This document shows, piece after piece, positions 18,951 to 33,368 of a stretch of 64,000 bases of DNA. The DNA comes from Candidatus Moranbacteria bacterium RIFCSPHIGHO2_01_FULL_55_24 (GTDB lineage: Bacteria > Patescibacteriota > Minisyncoccia > Moranbacterales > UBA1568). Position numbers and translations under genes: made by a program. Below the pieces are notes generated by a model. The model had not been told where the DNA came from. It ran no database searches and saw only the letters and a program-made list of their open reading frames with translations. The DNA is taken from positions 8,469-72,468 of the forward strand of contig MFRW01000003.1 of the NCBI GenBank assembly GCA_001786575.1. The letters run 5' to 3'. The first letter of the stretch is position 1, and every line of letters begins with the position of its first letter.

Positions 18951-19331
18951 TCATGTGATGAATCTCGCATAGATGTTCCGCTTCGGATCGATCCTGATGT
19001 GCAGGATTTCTCCCCCGCAGAGATCCACATCGCGTTCGAGCAGGATGACGCCGGTCTCGAGCACGAACCAGAGATCCGTCCGGCACGTCAGCTCTTCTTT
19101 GTTCACGCGGAGCAGTCTGATCTGCCCCGGGAGCAGACCTGTCGGCATCCACATGTTTACAACGGAAATCATCTCATCATCCGGAGGCATGTCGGAAACC
19201 GCCAGTATGGCTTCGGAGGTTTCGTTCATGATATGGATCGTATTCTGGAACGGCGGTTCCTCTGCCGCCGCGGACGAGGTAAAGAGAATCCAGGCGAGAG
19301 AAAGTACGAGAAACTTGCTAAAAAAGGACAT
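18951..19331 (-). CDS. Small secreted protein (signal peptide); paralog of the next gene
   Basis: N-terminal signal MSFFSKFLVLSLAWILFTSSAAA. Shares CxxDLxxxLxxGxILxxRDxxLC with the 19398-19871 gene. Confidence 0.5.
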   Translation of the reverse strand: MSFFSKFLVLSLAWILFTSSAAAEEPPFQNTIHIMNETSEAILAVSDMPPDDEMISVVNMWMPTGLLPGQIRLLRVNKEELTCRTDLWFVLETGVILLERDVDLCGGEILHIRIDPKRNIYARFIT

Positions 19332-19397
19332 GGTTCACCCCTCTTCCCTTTGGACATTTCCAAATTGCTTTGAATATAGCTCTTGGGGAAGCAGGCG

Positions 19398-19871
19398 TCA
19401 AACAAAAAAAGAAAAGGCCCACTGGTAGGCCTTTTTTGAGGAATGTATGGATTTTCTTTCCTTTCTTTCCTTTATATTCTTCATTTCCTTGACCACTGGC
19501 TCGGTTAGGATTCCCTTTGCGAATATCTTGATTTTGACCAGTTTGTCCGATTGCTCACAGATATTGATATAGTCCCGGAAAATGATCTCACCGCTGTCCA
19601 GCATTGCGAGCAGATCCACAGTACACTTCACGGGATCATCTACAAAGACCATTGTCCTGCTCTCGCCATTCCGTAATGGATCATTCGTGAAGACAGATGT
19701 GACCGACCCCTTTCTCTTCTTGCGGTCGAGTACCGAAAATATGGCGGTTTTTCCGGAAACATTCGTGACAATGAAATCGCGCACGACGCCCTTCTCTTCT
19801 TTTTGCAGAGGCGCCGAACCGCATGGCCCCAGAAAGAACAATACCAGAACAAGAAAAAGTATTTTTCTCAT
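19398..19871 (-). CDS. Small secreted/lipoprotein-like protein, paralog
   Basis: Start moved to MRKILFLVLVLFFLGPCGS. The last 12 codons are encoded by the terminator hairpin plus T-tract at 19401-19437. Confidence 0.5.
   Translation of the reverse strand: MRKILFLVLVLFFLGPCGSAPLQKEEKGVVRDFIVTNVSGKTAIFSVLDRKKRKGSVTSVFTNDPLRNGESRTMVFVDDPVKCTVDLLAMLDSGEIIFRDYINICEQSDKLVKIKIFAKGILTEPVVKEMKNIKERKERKSIHSSKKAYQWAFSFFV
19401..19437. terminator. Bidirectional-looking intrinsic terminator that overlaps a CDS 3' end
   Basis: aaaaggcc-cactggta-ggcctttttt. Confidence 0.5.
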
Positions 19872-19945
19872 TTCCCTCCTCCTGTCGCTGAAAGAACTCT
19901 TGATACGGGAAAGAGTAATCCTTTTCTCCGGGAAAGTCAAAATTC

Positions 19946-22606
<2,661 letters not shown>

Positions 22607-22657
22607 AAAAGTTCCTTATTCTACCACGAAAAACGCTTCCTATCAAGAGAGTCCCGG

Positions 22658-23365
22658 CTATCGGGATGACGGGAGCGCGGAAAGCGCTACATATTCTTCC
22701 ACCCGCTCGGGATGGACGATCACTTCTATCGGTCCCTCGCCGGGAAAGTCGGCCTCCCGGAATCCGTTCCCGAACCAGTCCAGGCTCGTCACGGTATCGC
22801 TCGTGGCGCGCGGCAGAGCGGCGAACGCTTTGGTCGAGAAGCGATGCAGGAACGAGAGGATCCAGGCCACCAGCTGCTTCTCACTTCCCGCCTGGACGCC
22901 ATGCTTCCCGAAGCGTACGTAGGCGATGCCATGCGTATGCGCGAGTTTGATCAGCGCTCGGAAGAACGGCGGGTAGTAATGCACGTTCTCGTGCGAATTG
23001 AGCCCGTCCGGCACCCGGCCGAAAGCTTCGCGGAACATCTCGATCTGCTCGCGCCAGACATGTGCCACCCGCGCCTCGGTCAGACGACCGGAAAGCAGGC
23101 GGAACAAGAAACTGATGAGACGGGTGATCACGCTTTCCTCCACCTGCTCGCCGCTCGCCAAGAGCCCGCGCAGGTCCAAGTGAAGGTCGATCGGGATTCC
23201 GGTCGCCTTGAGCCTCTCGCAGTCGCTTTCGGAAACTTCGCGGATGAGCACGGCGACCCGATCGATCTTCCCGGCCTGCACCAATTCCAAAGTTACCGGC
23301 ACGGTATCCCGGATGCCGTAATCGTCTGCGACGATCACCAGTTTTCGGCGTTTCTCCGGATTCAT
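22658..23365 (-). CDS. ChbG/YdjC-family carbohydrate deacetylase
   Basis: N-terminal [10 protein letters not shown], compare YdjC ADDFG. Confidence 0.65.
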   Translation of the reverse strand: MNPEKRRKLVIVADDYGIRDTVPVTLELVQAGKIDRVAVLIREVSESDCERLKATGIPIDLHLDLRGLLASGEQVEESVITRLISFLFRLLSGRLTEARVAHVWREQIEMFREAFGRVPDGLNSHENVHYYPPFFRALIKLAHTHGIAYVRFGKHGVQAGSEKQLVAWILSFLHRFSTKAFAALPRATSDTVTSLDWFGNGFREADFPGEGPIEVIVHPERVEEYVALSALPSSR

Positions 23366-23676
23366 AGCTTCACCCGATCAGTGCTGATAAAAGGAACGCC
23401 CTCCTTGCGGAGGAGCAAGGCTTTCTGCCGGCTGCCGCCGCGGTTGTACCCGCCCATCTTCCCGTCCGCGCGGACTACCCGATGGCACGGGATCGCTTCA
23501 TCGTAGTTTCCTTTCATAAGGCTTCCCACGGCCCGAGCCGCTCCCGGAAAGCCGGCTTTCCCGGCGACCGTGCCATACGTCATCACCCGGCCTTCGGGGA
23601 TGGCGCGTACTGCCTGTCGCACCCGCTCTCTGAATTTCGTGCTCACGGATTTTTTTCCGATCCTAGGCTTTGCCAT
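23362..23676 (-). CDS. ogt: MGMT-family methylated-DNA--protein-cysteine methyltransferase, DNA-binding/active-site domain only
   Basis: IPCHRVV active-site motif and YGTVAG. 104 aa. Overlaps the next gene by 4 nt. Confidence 0.8.
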   Translation of the reverse strand: MAKPRIGKKSVSTKFRERVRQAVRAIPEGRVMTYGTVAGKAGFPGAARAVGSLMKGNYDEAIPCHRVVRADGKMGGYNRGGSRQKALLLRKEGVPFISTDRVKL

Positions 23677-23766
23677 ATGTTTTGCATTATCACCAAAGCC
23701 TCTCCACCCGAGGACGGATGAGAGGCTTATCGTACGAAAGGTCTTCCTTAGCTGCTCAAGAGAAGA

Positions 23767-24585
23767 CTATTCACCGAAAGCTGCTTTCAATTCTTTCTGG
23801 GCTGCTTCCAGAGTCGTACGGAAGTCAGTAAAAGCTTTCTCGAGAGAAGTCTGCCGGGTTTTCGCGAGCGCTTTCACCTGCCCCCCTACCTTATCGCTTG
23901 CCTGCCGGTCAGACTGCAGGGCTTCGCGGGCCGCCTGCATATCGGAGAGGAACTCTTCTCGGACGGTTTTGGCATCAGTGCCCTTCTCGCAGGAAGCCTT
24001 GGCTTCAGCCAAAGCGGCATTGGTAGCGGAGGTGAATTTCTTTTTCACGGAATCGATACCGCTCTGGCGTCCGGATACGGTATTCTCGACACTCGTACGG
24101 AAAGAAGTGATAGCGGCATCCACGGCAGTGCGGCGCGTCTTGATCGCGGCCTCGACCGTCGTCTTGAACTTCTCTACTGCGGCCTTCTCTGCATCAGTAT
24201 CGGCCTTTTCCAAAAGCTTGGCGTACATCTGGACGCGTCGCTCGTCGCCGCCATCGCGCTTCCCTTCGAGCAACTGATCACGCTTGGTGCGCTTTTCTTC
24301 AAGACGCTTCAGGCGATTATCCTGGCGTTCGTCGATCTTGCCGCTTCGCTCATCAAGACGGGCAGAAATCTGGGAAGCGTTTTCGATAAAGCGGGTGCAG
24401 AAAGCTTTCTGACGTTCATCCAAGAGTCCTTGGCGGTTCGCCTGGCGCTCTTCGATCATGGTCTGGCGCTCCGCTTTTCTCTCCTCGGCACGTTCCTTCA
24501 GGTTCTGGGCCGACACGATCAAGGGCGATCCCGCAATTATCAAAGCTGCGGCGAACGCCGAAAATTTATAGGCTGTTTTCATCAT
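23767..24585 (-). CDS. Secreted coiled-coil protein, hypothetical
   Basis: Signal peptide followed by a long E/K/R/A-rich heptad-like sequence. Confidence 0.5.
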   Translation of the reverse strand: MMKTAYKFSAFAAALIIAGSPLIVSAQNLKERAEERKAERQTMIEERQANRQGLLDERQKAFCTRFIENASQISARLDERSGKIDERQDNRLKRLEEKRTKRDQLLEGKRDGGDERRVQMYAKLLEKADTDAEKAAVEKFKTTVEAAIKTRRTAVDAAITSFRTSVENTVSGRQSGIDSVKKKFTSATNAALAEAKASCEKGTDAKTVREEFLSDMQAAREALQSDRQASDKVGGQVKALAKTRQTSLEKAFTDFRTTLEAAQKELKAAFGE

Positions 24586-24904
24586 ATGATTCGCTTAAGT
24601 CATTTACGCTCTGGCTATCGCTCTGGATCTCGGCTTCCGTATCGGAGCTTTCCTCATCGAAAGCTTCCGCTTCGATCATCGTTTCGCTCTCGATCTCCTG
24701 GGTGATACCATCGATATTCTCCGGAACCGGTTTCGTCTCCGCGGTCGGGGCTTCTGCCGCTTCCTTGTCCATAGCTCTTTGTGTCATAGCGTCCCGGCCG
24801 TCATCCGCAAATTGCCGGTAGATGAGGGCACCTGCGGCGATGATGGCAAAAACCGCAATGGCAACCCCTGTTGTCTGGTTTTTTGTCATACTCTTTATTT
24901 TCAA
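24566..24904 (-). CDS. Membrane-anchored acidic protein, hypothetical
   Basis: One TM helix, then a D/E/S-rich tail. A GGTATAAT-like -10 at 24925-24932 on the minus strand. Confidence 0.4.
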   Translation of the reverse strand: MKIKSMTKNQTTGVAIAVFAIIAAGALIYRQFADDGRDAMTQRAMDKEAAEAPTAETKPVPENIDGITQEIESETMIEAEAFDEESSDTEAEIQSDSQSVNDLSESYDENSL

Positions 24905-24960
24905 AACTTACGCTGTGATTCCTATTATACCTCGAAAAATCAGGACACCAAAAAGCCCCT

Positions 24961-27033
<2,073 letters not shown>

Positions 27034-27055
27034 TTTTAGGGTAGCACACCGGGAA

Positions 27056-27745
27056 TCAGCGCTTCATCCCCCGGAGCTTGGAGAGACATCTCTCGAAAAT
27101 CCGGACGCCGGCTCCGCGATGCAGGTAGAGATATCCGAGGAAGGCTGCCACCGCTACCCACGCGAGGATGTCGGCATAATATTTGTAATCATTCACGTTC
27201 TGCCACAGGCGGTTGAGCGAAGCGAGGCCTGCATAGCCGAGCACCATGTAGCCGAGGTCCTTGACGAAGTTTCCGAGGAAAGAGGCTATGAGGAATACTC
27301 TGGTATTGATCTTCACGATTCCGCACGCGATCGAGGTAAGCGTGACCGGAAAGAACGGTGTCGCGCGCATCATGAAGAGCGCTCCGCCGTCCTTCCAGTG
27401 GTGTCCGCTGAAACGCTGGCCGATACTCTCGACTTCGGCATGGCCCACGCCGAAGAGACGTTGCAGGCGCGGGATGAGGATGTCTTCCAGGCGATCGCCT
27501 ATCCAGTAATAGAAGTACGCTCCGAAGAGGCGCGCCACATTGCCGATGAGCGCCAGAAAGACGAGCGCTACAAGCGAGCGGCCGTCAGCCAGCGCGAGCG
27601 ATCCGGTGATTCCCATGACAAGCGAGGCCGGAATGAAGCTGAAGATCTCTTCGAAGAGAGAACCGAGAAAGACGAACCATTCCAAGGGCACTTGGGAAGC
27701 GAAAAGGCGGAACCATTGTTCGATAGATCCGAAAAACTGCATCAT
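27056..27745 (-). CDS. DedA / VTT-domain membrane protein
   Basis: DedA-like pattern (GxxxRxxxY...G...F) with multiple TM helices. A GGTATACT motif at 27797-27804 on the minus strand. Confidence 0.75.
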   Translation of the reverse strand: MMQFFGSIEQWFRLFASQVPLEWFVFLGSLFEEIFSFIPASLVMGITGSLALADGRSLVALVFLALIGNVARLFGAYFYYWIGDRLEDILIPRLQRLFGVGHAEVESIGQRFSGHHWKDGGALFMMRATPFFPVTLTSIACGIVKINTRVFLIASFLGNFVKDLGYMVLGYAGLASLNRLWQNVNDYKYYADILAWVAVAAFLGYLYLHRGAGVRIFERCLSKLRGMKR

Positions 27746-27804
27746 GCGGGTTTTGTCTGCGTCAAAGAGAAAAAGGGAATGCCGGATTTCTCTCCAAGTA
27801 TACC

Positions 27805-29040
27805 TTACTTGTCGAAGTCGGCATCCACGAATGTGAGGGCGATCCCCTTCTTGCCTGCCCGGCCGGTACGGCCGATGCGATGGACGTAGTCGTCGTAGGT
27901 TTCCGGAATATCGTAATTGATGACATGCGTGACGTCAGGGATATCCAATCCGCGCGCGGCCACATCGGTCGCGACGAGGACCTGGACTTCGTCCCGGGTG
28001 AAGCGCTTGAGTGCGCGGCTCCGGGCCGACTGGGTCTTGTCGCCATGGATGGCGTCCACGCGGAAGCCGCGTTCAGTCAGCTGGCGTGCCAAATGTTCCA
28101 CACCGCGCTTGGTCCGTCCGAAAATAATCACTTTGGAGAAGTCGCGGTCCAGGAGCAGCTGATGCAGGAGGTCAATCTTCACGTCCTTCTTGCCGACGCG
28201 GATGACATCCTGGATGACATTCTGCGAAGTTGCCCGCGGCTTGACGGTAAACGTCAGCGGATCCTGCAGGAACTGCGCGGCGAGCTCGGAAATGAGCTTC
28301 GGCATGGTGGCCGAGAAGAACAGGAGGAGACGCGGCTTGCTGATCTGGAGGAGCATCTTCTTCACGTCCTTGAGGAATCCCATGTCGAGCATGCGATCCA
28401 CTTCGTCCAAAACGACGGCCTGGAAATTCCGCACATCGAGCTTCTTGCGCTCGATGAGATCCAAGAGACGGCCAGGCGTCCCGATCACGAAGTGCGGGTT
28501 CCTCGCCAAGGTGCGGATCTGCTCATCGAGGTAAGTGCCGCCGATACAAACGACGGAACCGATACGGAGGCCGTGTGCGAAGAGACGGAACTCGCGATCG
28601 ATCTGTTCTGCCAGTTCGCGGGTCGGTGCGATGATGAGAGTGCGATGGTTCGGATTCTTGAGCGTCTTGTGGATGAGCGGCAGGAGGAAGGCTGCGGTCT
28701 TGCCGGTTCCGGTATTCGCGACTCCGATGACGTCACGTCCTTCGAGGATGACCGGGATGGTCAACCCTTGGATCGGCGTCGGGTGGAGAAGGTTCCGATG
28801 GGCGAGATTCTTCTTGATCCGCTCGTCGAGCTTGAAATCATCGAAGTGAGCCACCGGGCTCTCGATGATCGGCAGGTCTCCCGGCTCTATATGGCCCTTG
28901 GTAATGCGCGTCAAATCGAACGAGATCTTCCCCAGCTTCTTCTTGTGCTTGATCTCGCCCCGACGCTTCTTCTGGATAAACTTCTTCTTTCCTGGGGACA
29001 CGGCGCGTTTGCGCTTTCCCCGTACAACTTTCGTTGCCAT
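27805..29040 (-). CDS. DEAD-box ATP-dependent RNA helicase
   Basis: Q-motif TPIQ, GTGKTAAF, DEVD, SAT, and HRIGRTGRAG. Basic N-terminal tail. Start placed at MATKVVRG (29040). Confidence 0.9.
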   Translation of the reverse strand: MATKVVRGKRKRAVSPGKKKFIQKKRRGEIKHKKKLGKISFDLTRITKGHIEPGDLPIIESPVAHFDDFKLDERIKKNLAHRNLLHPTPIQGLTIPVILEGRDVIGVANTGTGKTAAFLLPLIHKTLKNPNHRTLIIAPTRELAEQIDREFRLFAHGLRIGSVVCIGGTYLDEQIRTLARNPHFVIGTPGRLLDLIERKKLDVRNFQAVVLDEVDRMLDMGFLKDVKKMLLQISKPRLLLFFSATMPKLISELAAQFLQDPLTFTVKPRATSQNVIQDVIRVGKKDVKIDLLHQLLLDRDFSKVIIFGRTKRGVEHLARQLTERGFRVDAIHGDKTQSARSRALKRFTRDEVQVLVATDVAARGLDIPDVTHVINYDIPETYDDYVHRIGRTGRAGKKGIALTFVDADFDK

Positions 29041-29175
29041 AAACATACATACTAATGATATTATCTCGCAAAAAGTTGCAAGATAATACATCGTCTGATG
29101 TCTTCACTTGCGCGTCCGCCACCCGGGGTGGACAGGAAACAGGGCCCGAGGGTCTGTCTCTTCTTCTTTGCTGGC

Positions 29176-29204
29176 CAACAAAAACAGCCTATCTATCAGG
29201 CTGT
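29176..29204 (-). terminator. Hairpin terminator, weak T-tract
   Basis: acagcct-atctatc-aggctgt. On the minus strand it is followed by ttttgtt. Confidence 0.35.
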
Positions 29205-29232
29205 ATATTCGACATTTAATTAAAGCAGAGAT

Positions 29233-29460
29233 TTATGGCTTTGTCAAACCGGCAGGTTCCGGGGAGCGGCTTTTCCTCCCATCCAAGTGCTCCTGGATGA
29301 CTTTCGCATCCATTTCCGTGCGGACGCTCCGCTCGGCATACGCGGCTACCTTGAGCCCGGCCACGACGGTGATGCAGGCAAAGCTGACACTCAAGATAAG
29401 TATCAAGAGAAAGGCCATGCCGGAGGAAATCTCTCTGCCGAGTCCGAAAGAAGAAGTCAT
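29233..29460 (-). CDS. Small membrane protein, hypothetical
   Basis: 75 aa with one TM helix. Forms a 2-gene unit with 29464-29736. Confidence 0.35.
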   Translation of the reverse strand: MTSSFGLGREISSGMAFLLILILSVSFACITVVAGLKVAAYAERSVRTEMDAKVIQEHLDGRKSRSPEPAGLTKP

Positions 29461-29463
29461 AGG

Positions 29464-29736
29464 CTAGAGTTCTTCGTCGAGCGTCTTATCGATGATCTGG
29501 ATGTCCCGGTCGCTTAGATGGTTCGCGCCCCGGTGCTCGCGGAGGGCCCGGACCAACTGATCTTTTTCCCGGCGATCGATGCCGTGGTGGACACCCGGCT
29601 CATTGAGCGCCGCATCAGCTGTCTCCGAGAGCCGGTCGATCTCGTTATGCGTCAGACCGCGACTGTAAAGCTTGTTCCGCACATCATTCTTGAAATCACG
29701 CGGCATGATGCGTTTGGATGGAAAGAAGAGTCCCAT
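29464..29736 (-). CDS. Hypothetical protein
   Basis: A GGTATACT -10 at 29754-29761 on the minus strand, 18 nt upstream of the ATG. Confidence 0.4.
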   Translation of the reverse strand: MGLFFPSKRIMPRDFKNDVRNKLYSRGLTHNEIDRLSETADAALNEPGVHHGIDRREKDQLVRALREHRGANHLSDRDIQIIDKTLDEEL

Positions 29737-29839
29737 AGGCGTTTCTTTTTTTCAGTATACCCCAAGTACGCCTCCGGGACAAAAGAAAAGGGGCGCGAGA
29801 ATACATGTACTCGCGCCCCGCATCAGGAACTATGAAGCG

Positions 29840-30106
29840 TTATTTTCGGATAGAAATCCTGCTCACCTGGGACGACCCTCCTCCAGCGCGCAGTTTCCGT
29901 TCCGTTCTTGAGCGCTTGCGAGCGAGAAATTCATCGGCTTCCGCCTTGAGCTTCTGCTCGAGAGACTTCAAGAAATCATCAGGTTCATGGACCGGACTCG
30001 GAAACAACAGGATGACCTCTGCACTGACGAGCTGTTTGTCAGCCTGTTTTTCGTCCGCTCCCTTCAAGGAAAGTTTTTTCCTTCCGATGACTGCCCCTTT
30101 AGACAT
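29840..30106 (-). CDS. Hypothetical basic protein
   Basis: ORF only. Confidence 0.3.
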   Translation of the reverse strand: MSKGAVIGRKKLSLKGADEKQADKQLVSAEVILLFPSPVHEPDDFLKSLEQKLKAEADEFLARKRSRTERKLRAGGGSSQVSRISIRK

Positions 30107-30288
30107 AACTGTAGACCCCTTTCAGTAAAACGAAGGTATGGAGTGTGAAATGCCTCGTCGCTTCAAACCAGGCTTTCAGATGCCTTCTCTTCGGAAAAGC
30201 CGCTGAAAGTCTGATTCGAAACCCTTCAAAGAACCTATAATCGGATAGTTTAGCTGATTTGAAGGGACGCGTCAATCACCCTCTACTA

Positions 30289-31272
30289 TTATTCAGGCGT
30301 CTCCCGATACGCATTGATTACGACCGATAATCGATCACTATAATAGCGCCCGAGTTCCAGGATATTCTCCAGGCTCAAGACGCTTGTCGCCCGGCAATAG
30401 CCATCGAACGCCGCCCGGTCTTCCGGTGTCAGCGTGACCGGGGTCACCGTCTGGGCCTGCATGAGATAGTACATGAGAGACTCCGGATTTTCAACATGGT
30501 CCAGCCCGAGGGCATGGCCGAACTCATGGGCGAGGACCAGCCGTAGCTCGTCACGATCGCGGAACTGGTACACATTTATCTGCCGTCCCTGGTACTCTCC
30601 CTGATCGAACTCTTCTGCCGGCCCATAACGCTCCTGGTATGCCTCGAGCGTATTGTTGAATGTCTCGACGACTTTCCCCTCCGCACGGGCGAGTTTGTTC
30701 AGCTGCTCCACCAGAACATTGATCTTCGTACGTTCGGCATTGAGCGCTTCGGCTTCGCGCCGCAGGGCGCTCGCCTCTCCCTGGAGGCGCTCGTATTCGT
30801 CCGGCGGCGCCCCGCCTTCCTTGTTCCACTTCTTCACATCGCGCTCGTATTCCGCGAGGCGCGCCTCATAAGCGGCTGCTTTTTTCTCATAGGTCCGGAG
30901 GCGCGTATCGTAGTCCGCCTTTGCCGTGTCGTACTTCTTGCCGATGCTTTCCTGCTCGACAGCGGTCTTGGCACCCTCGGCTTCTACCTTTTTCTGCGCG
31001 AGCGTCTGTTCCTGGCGCTCATCGAACACCAGATTCACCACGAACGCGGCGGATGCGTCGTGCTGGAAAAGATTCCTTCCGGCATAGGATTCCCAGGGCT
31101 TCTCGGCTTCCTCGAGGACCTGCTGCAATTCCGTCCGGCTGATGCCGAAGCGCTCATCCACCGCGCCGAGCGAATAGTCGAGCCTTTCCTTGCAGGGCAC
31201 CAGGGAAGAGAGGATGAAGACGCCGCCGAAGAGGACGATTAAGAGGACTGCGAATTGTATTCCGAAACGCAT
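30289..31272 (-). CDS. Matrixin-type zinc metalloprotease with an N-terminal TM helix and a coiled-coil linker
   Basis: HEFGHALGLDH matches HExxHxxGxxH. A Met-turn candidate (SLMYY) is present. Start moved to MRFGIQ, which avoids a 56-nt overlap with the upstream gene. Confidence 0.7.
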   Translation of the reverse strand: MRFGIQFAVLLIVLFGGVFILSSLVPCKERLDYSLGAVDERFGISRTELQQVLEEAEKPWESYAGRNLFQHDASAAFVVNLVFDERQEQTLAQKKVEAEGAKTAVEQESIGKKYDTAKADYDTRLRTYEKKAAAYEARLAEYERDVKKWNKEGGAPPDEYERLQGEASALRREAEALNAERTKINVLVEQLNKLARAEGKVVETFNNTLEAYQERYGPAEEFDQGEYQGRQINVYQFRDRDELRLVLAHEFGHALGLDHVENPESLMYYLMQAQTVTPVTLTPEDRAAFDGYCRATSVLSLENILELGRYYSDRLSVVINAYRETPE

Positions 31273-31288
31273 ACGCTGTTCCCCTTCT

Positions 31289-31705
31289 CTACGCTTGGCT
31301 CTGATTTTTATGAAGCTTCTCTTCCTTGCGCTGGATCCGCTCATCTGCCCCGATCTTCAAGGCCATGAATTCTTCATGGAACTTCTGGATGTCCGAATCC
31401 GACATGTTCTCGATATCCAGGAGCTGGTTCCGGGCGTTCCGCATCGAGCGGATGAGCTCGTCGAGCTTCAGGTGGATCGCTTTGTTATCGCGGTTCTGGG
31501 TGTTCTGGATGAGGAAGACCATGAGGAACGTCAGGATCGTCGTTCCGGTATTGATGATGAGCTGCCAGGTATCCGAGTAGCCGAAGGTCGGTCCGGAAAA
31601 GACCCAGAGCACGACAATAGCTATCGCGAGCACGAACGCCATCGGCGTTCCTACCGCTTCCGATGTCTTCTGCGCGATCCTATGGAACAGTTCGCCTATG
31701 CTCAT
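31289..31705 (-). CDS. Low-affinity iron permease family protein (Fet4-like)
   Basis: MSIGELFHRIAQKTSEAVGTPMAFVLAIAIVVLW...NTQNRDNKAIHLKLDELIRS pattern. Confidence 0.55.
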   Translation of the reverse strand: MSIGELFHRIAQKTSEAVGTPMAFVLAIAIVVLWVFSGPTFGYSDTWQLIINTGTTILTFLMVFLIQNTQNRDNKAIHLKLDELIRSMRNARNQLLDIENMSDSDIQKFHEEFMALKIGADERIQRKEEKLHKNQSQA

Positions 31706-31839
31706 ATATTTATATGAAGGATATATGGATATATGCGAGTATTGTACCACCAAAGAAATCCCCAGGAAACAAAGGCAGACAAAAACCCCGCTTCACTTCT
31801 ATAAAATGAAACGGGGTTAATAGCGCGCGAGAGCAGGCA

Positions 31840-32388
31840 TCAGGCCATCCTCTCGAACACGAAGTGTGCCGCAGGGTCGCAGGCATGCCTGTGAGATACC
31901 TTGCGGACATAGAGCCACGGATTACCATTCACCTTCCCGAAAGAGAAGATGAGGAAACCTACTGGCCCGGCAGTCACGATCGTCAGCCACTCGTCGCGAT
32001 CGGTCTCATACTGGAGACAGAGATCACGTACTTCGCCCATCGAACACTGGCTGAAGCGGTGACCCAGAGCGGATTCGCATAATTCTCCGACGGGAGCTGC
32101 CCTGGAAAACCCGAGAGGCACTCCCTCGACGATCACGATTTCCGTCTCCGACGCCCTCTTTTCCAGAACGGCGTCTATGGGACTCCTGGAGAGAAGTTCC
32201 TCGGCCAGCGTGACTGCACGCACTCCTTTTTTCTTCAAAGCCTCCTTCGTCTGCTTGTTCCCCATGAAGCGCCCGGCCGGAAGCCAGATGCTTTTTAAAA
32301 CAGGAATCCGAGAAGAAGGTGCTGGCGTGTGAAAGAACTCTGGAGAGTTATAGGTATCCAGGATACCCTCTGTATCATGAAGCAACAT
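31840..32388 (-). CDS. Hypothetical protein
   Basis: ORF only. Confidence 0.35.
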   Translation of the reverse strand: MLLHDTEGILDTYNSPEFFHTPAPSSRIPVLKSIWLPAGRFMGNKQTKEALKKKGVRAVTLAEELLSRSPIDAVLEKRASETEIVIVEGVPLGFSRAAPVGELCESALGHRFSQCSMGEVRDLCLQYETDRDEWLTIVTAGPVGFLIFSFGKVNGNPWLYVRKVSHRHACDPAAHFVFERMA

Positions 32389-32600
32389 GATGACATCCTT
32401 TCCTAACTTTGGTTTCTACACAAATTTTTGTGTTTGTTCTAATAACATTATACACCTTTTTTAGCGATTTGTCAATGGTAGAATCCCGAAAAAAGTCAAG
32501 TGGATAACTCCCCTTTTTCAAGCCATTTCTTCTCAAGGCCCCAAAATCAAGGTGTCCGGGTTAGGCTTTTGAGACAAATGAGACAACATCATGTCTCCAA

Positions 32601-33368
32601 TCACCCCGCTAGCTCCTTAATGATCTGGTCAAAAAGTGGCTTCATATACTCGTCAAGCTTTATATCATCCCGCAAGAAAAATGTTTCCAGCTCATTCTTC
32701 TCTTTTTTGAGAGCGATAATTTTTCCAAACTCTGGATTCTCGCCACTCTCTATCAGGTTCTTCGAAAAGGCATCGTACTTCTCTAAAAATTCGTCCTTTG
32801 TCTCATTCAAAAGAACCTCGTATACCACGGTCATCTTATCTGTCGGACCACCCTCCTTCAGATATGCCTCGTCAAAATACGTAACGCGAGAGGTGTCCGA
32901 TGCATCAATATCAAGCTCCTCCTTGAGCTCTTTTTCGATGTTATGCTTGAAGTCAAAATATTCGCCTCTCAGGTCATCGTTGTCGATACCCCCACCACAG
33001 AGCTGATGGATACCTGCTCGAGAGGTTTGAGGACCCATTTCGCCGAAAATCGTATAATTGTCAGATGTCTCTACTAACACAGCCGTATGGATGATACGCA
33101 CACCGTTTTCATCAAGCGATTCGACATTCTGGCAATAGAGATAATGGGCATAGTCGGTCTTTTCTACTAGAATATCTATCGCTTTATCGGCAGCCTCCTT
33201 GTGCGTCACGGTAAATACCTCTCCACGCTTGTATGGTTTTCCGTTGGCAATGAGCTCGTCCCAGTAGGCATCAATCTTCGCTTGGATTTCTTGAGGCAAC
33301 CGGACTTCTCGGTTGCTAAACTTCACGATAATTTCTTTGGTAACTGGAGATACTTTGAAAGGCTTCAT
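32601..33368 (-). CDS. Hypothetical protein in the low-GC cassette; weak Nudix-like patch
   Basis: AT-rich codon usage like its neighbours. GGGIDNDDLRGEY..EKELKEE only loosely resembles a Nudix box. Confidence 0.4.
   Translation of the reverse strand: MKPFKVSPVTKEIIVKFSNREVRLPQEIQAKIDAYWDELIANGKPYKRGEVFTVTHKEAADKAIDILVEKTDYAHYLYCQNVESLDENGVRIIHTAVLVETSDNYTIFGEMGPQTSRAGIHQLCGGGIDNDDLRGEYFDFKHNIEKELKEELDIDASDTSRVTYFDEAYLKEGGPTDKMTVVYEVLLNETKDEFLEKYDAFSKNLIESGENPEFGKIIALKKEKNELETFFLRDDIKLDEYMKPLFDQIIKELAG

Noticed and set aside
22712-24277. Plus-strand ORFs 22712-23506 and 23570-24277
   Set aside because: They are antisense to ChbG, MGMT (PCHRVV) and the coiled-coil protein.
32400-32600. Looked for a direct repeat of the tRNA-Asp 3' end at the far edge of the low-GC cassette (an att site)
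   Set aside because: I could find no copy of GGACTCGAACC or a longer tRNA-Asp-derived segment there, so an integrase-type island boundary is not supported.
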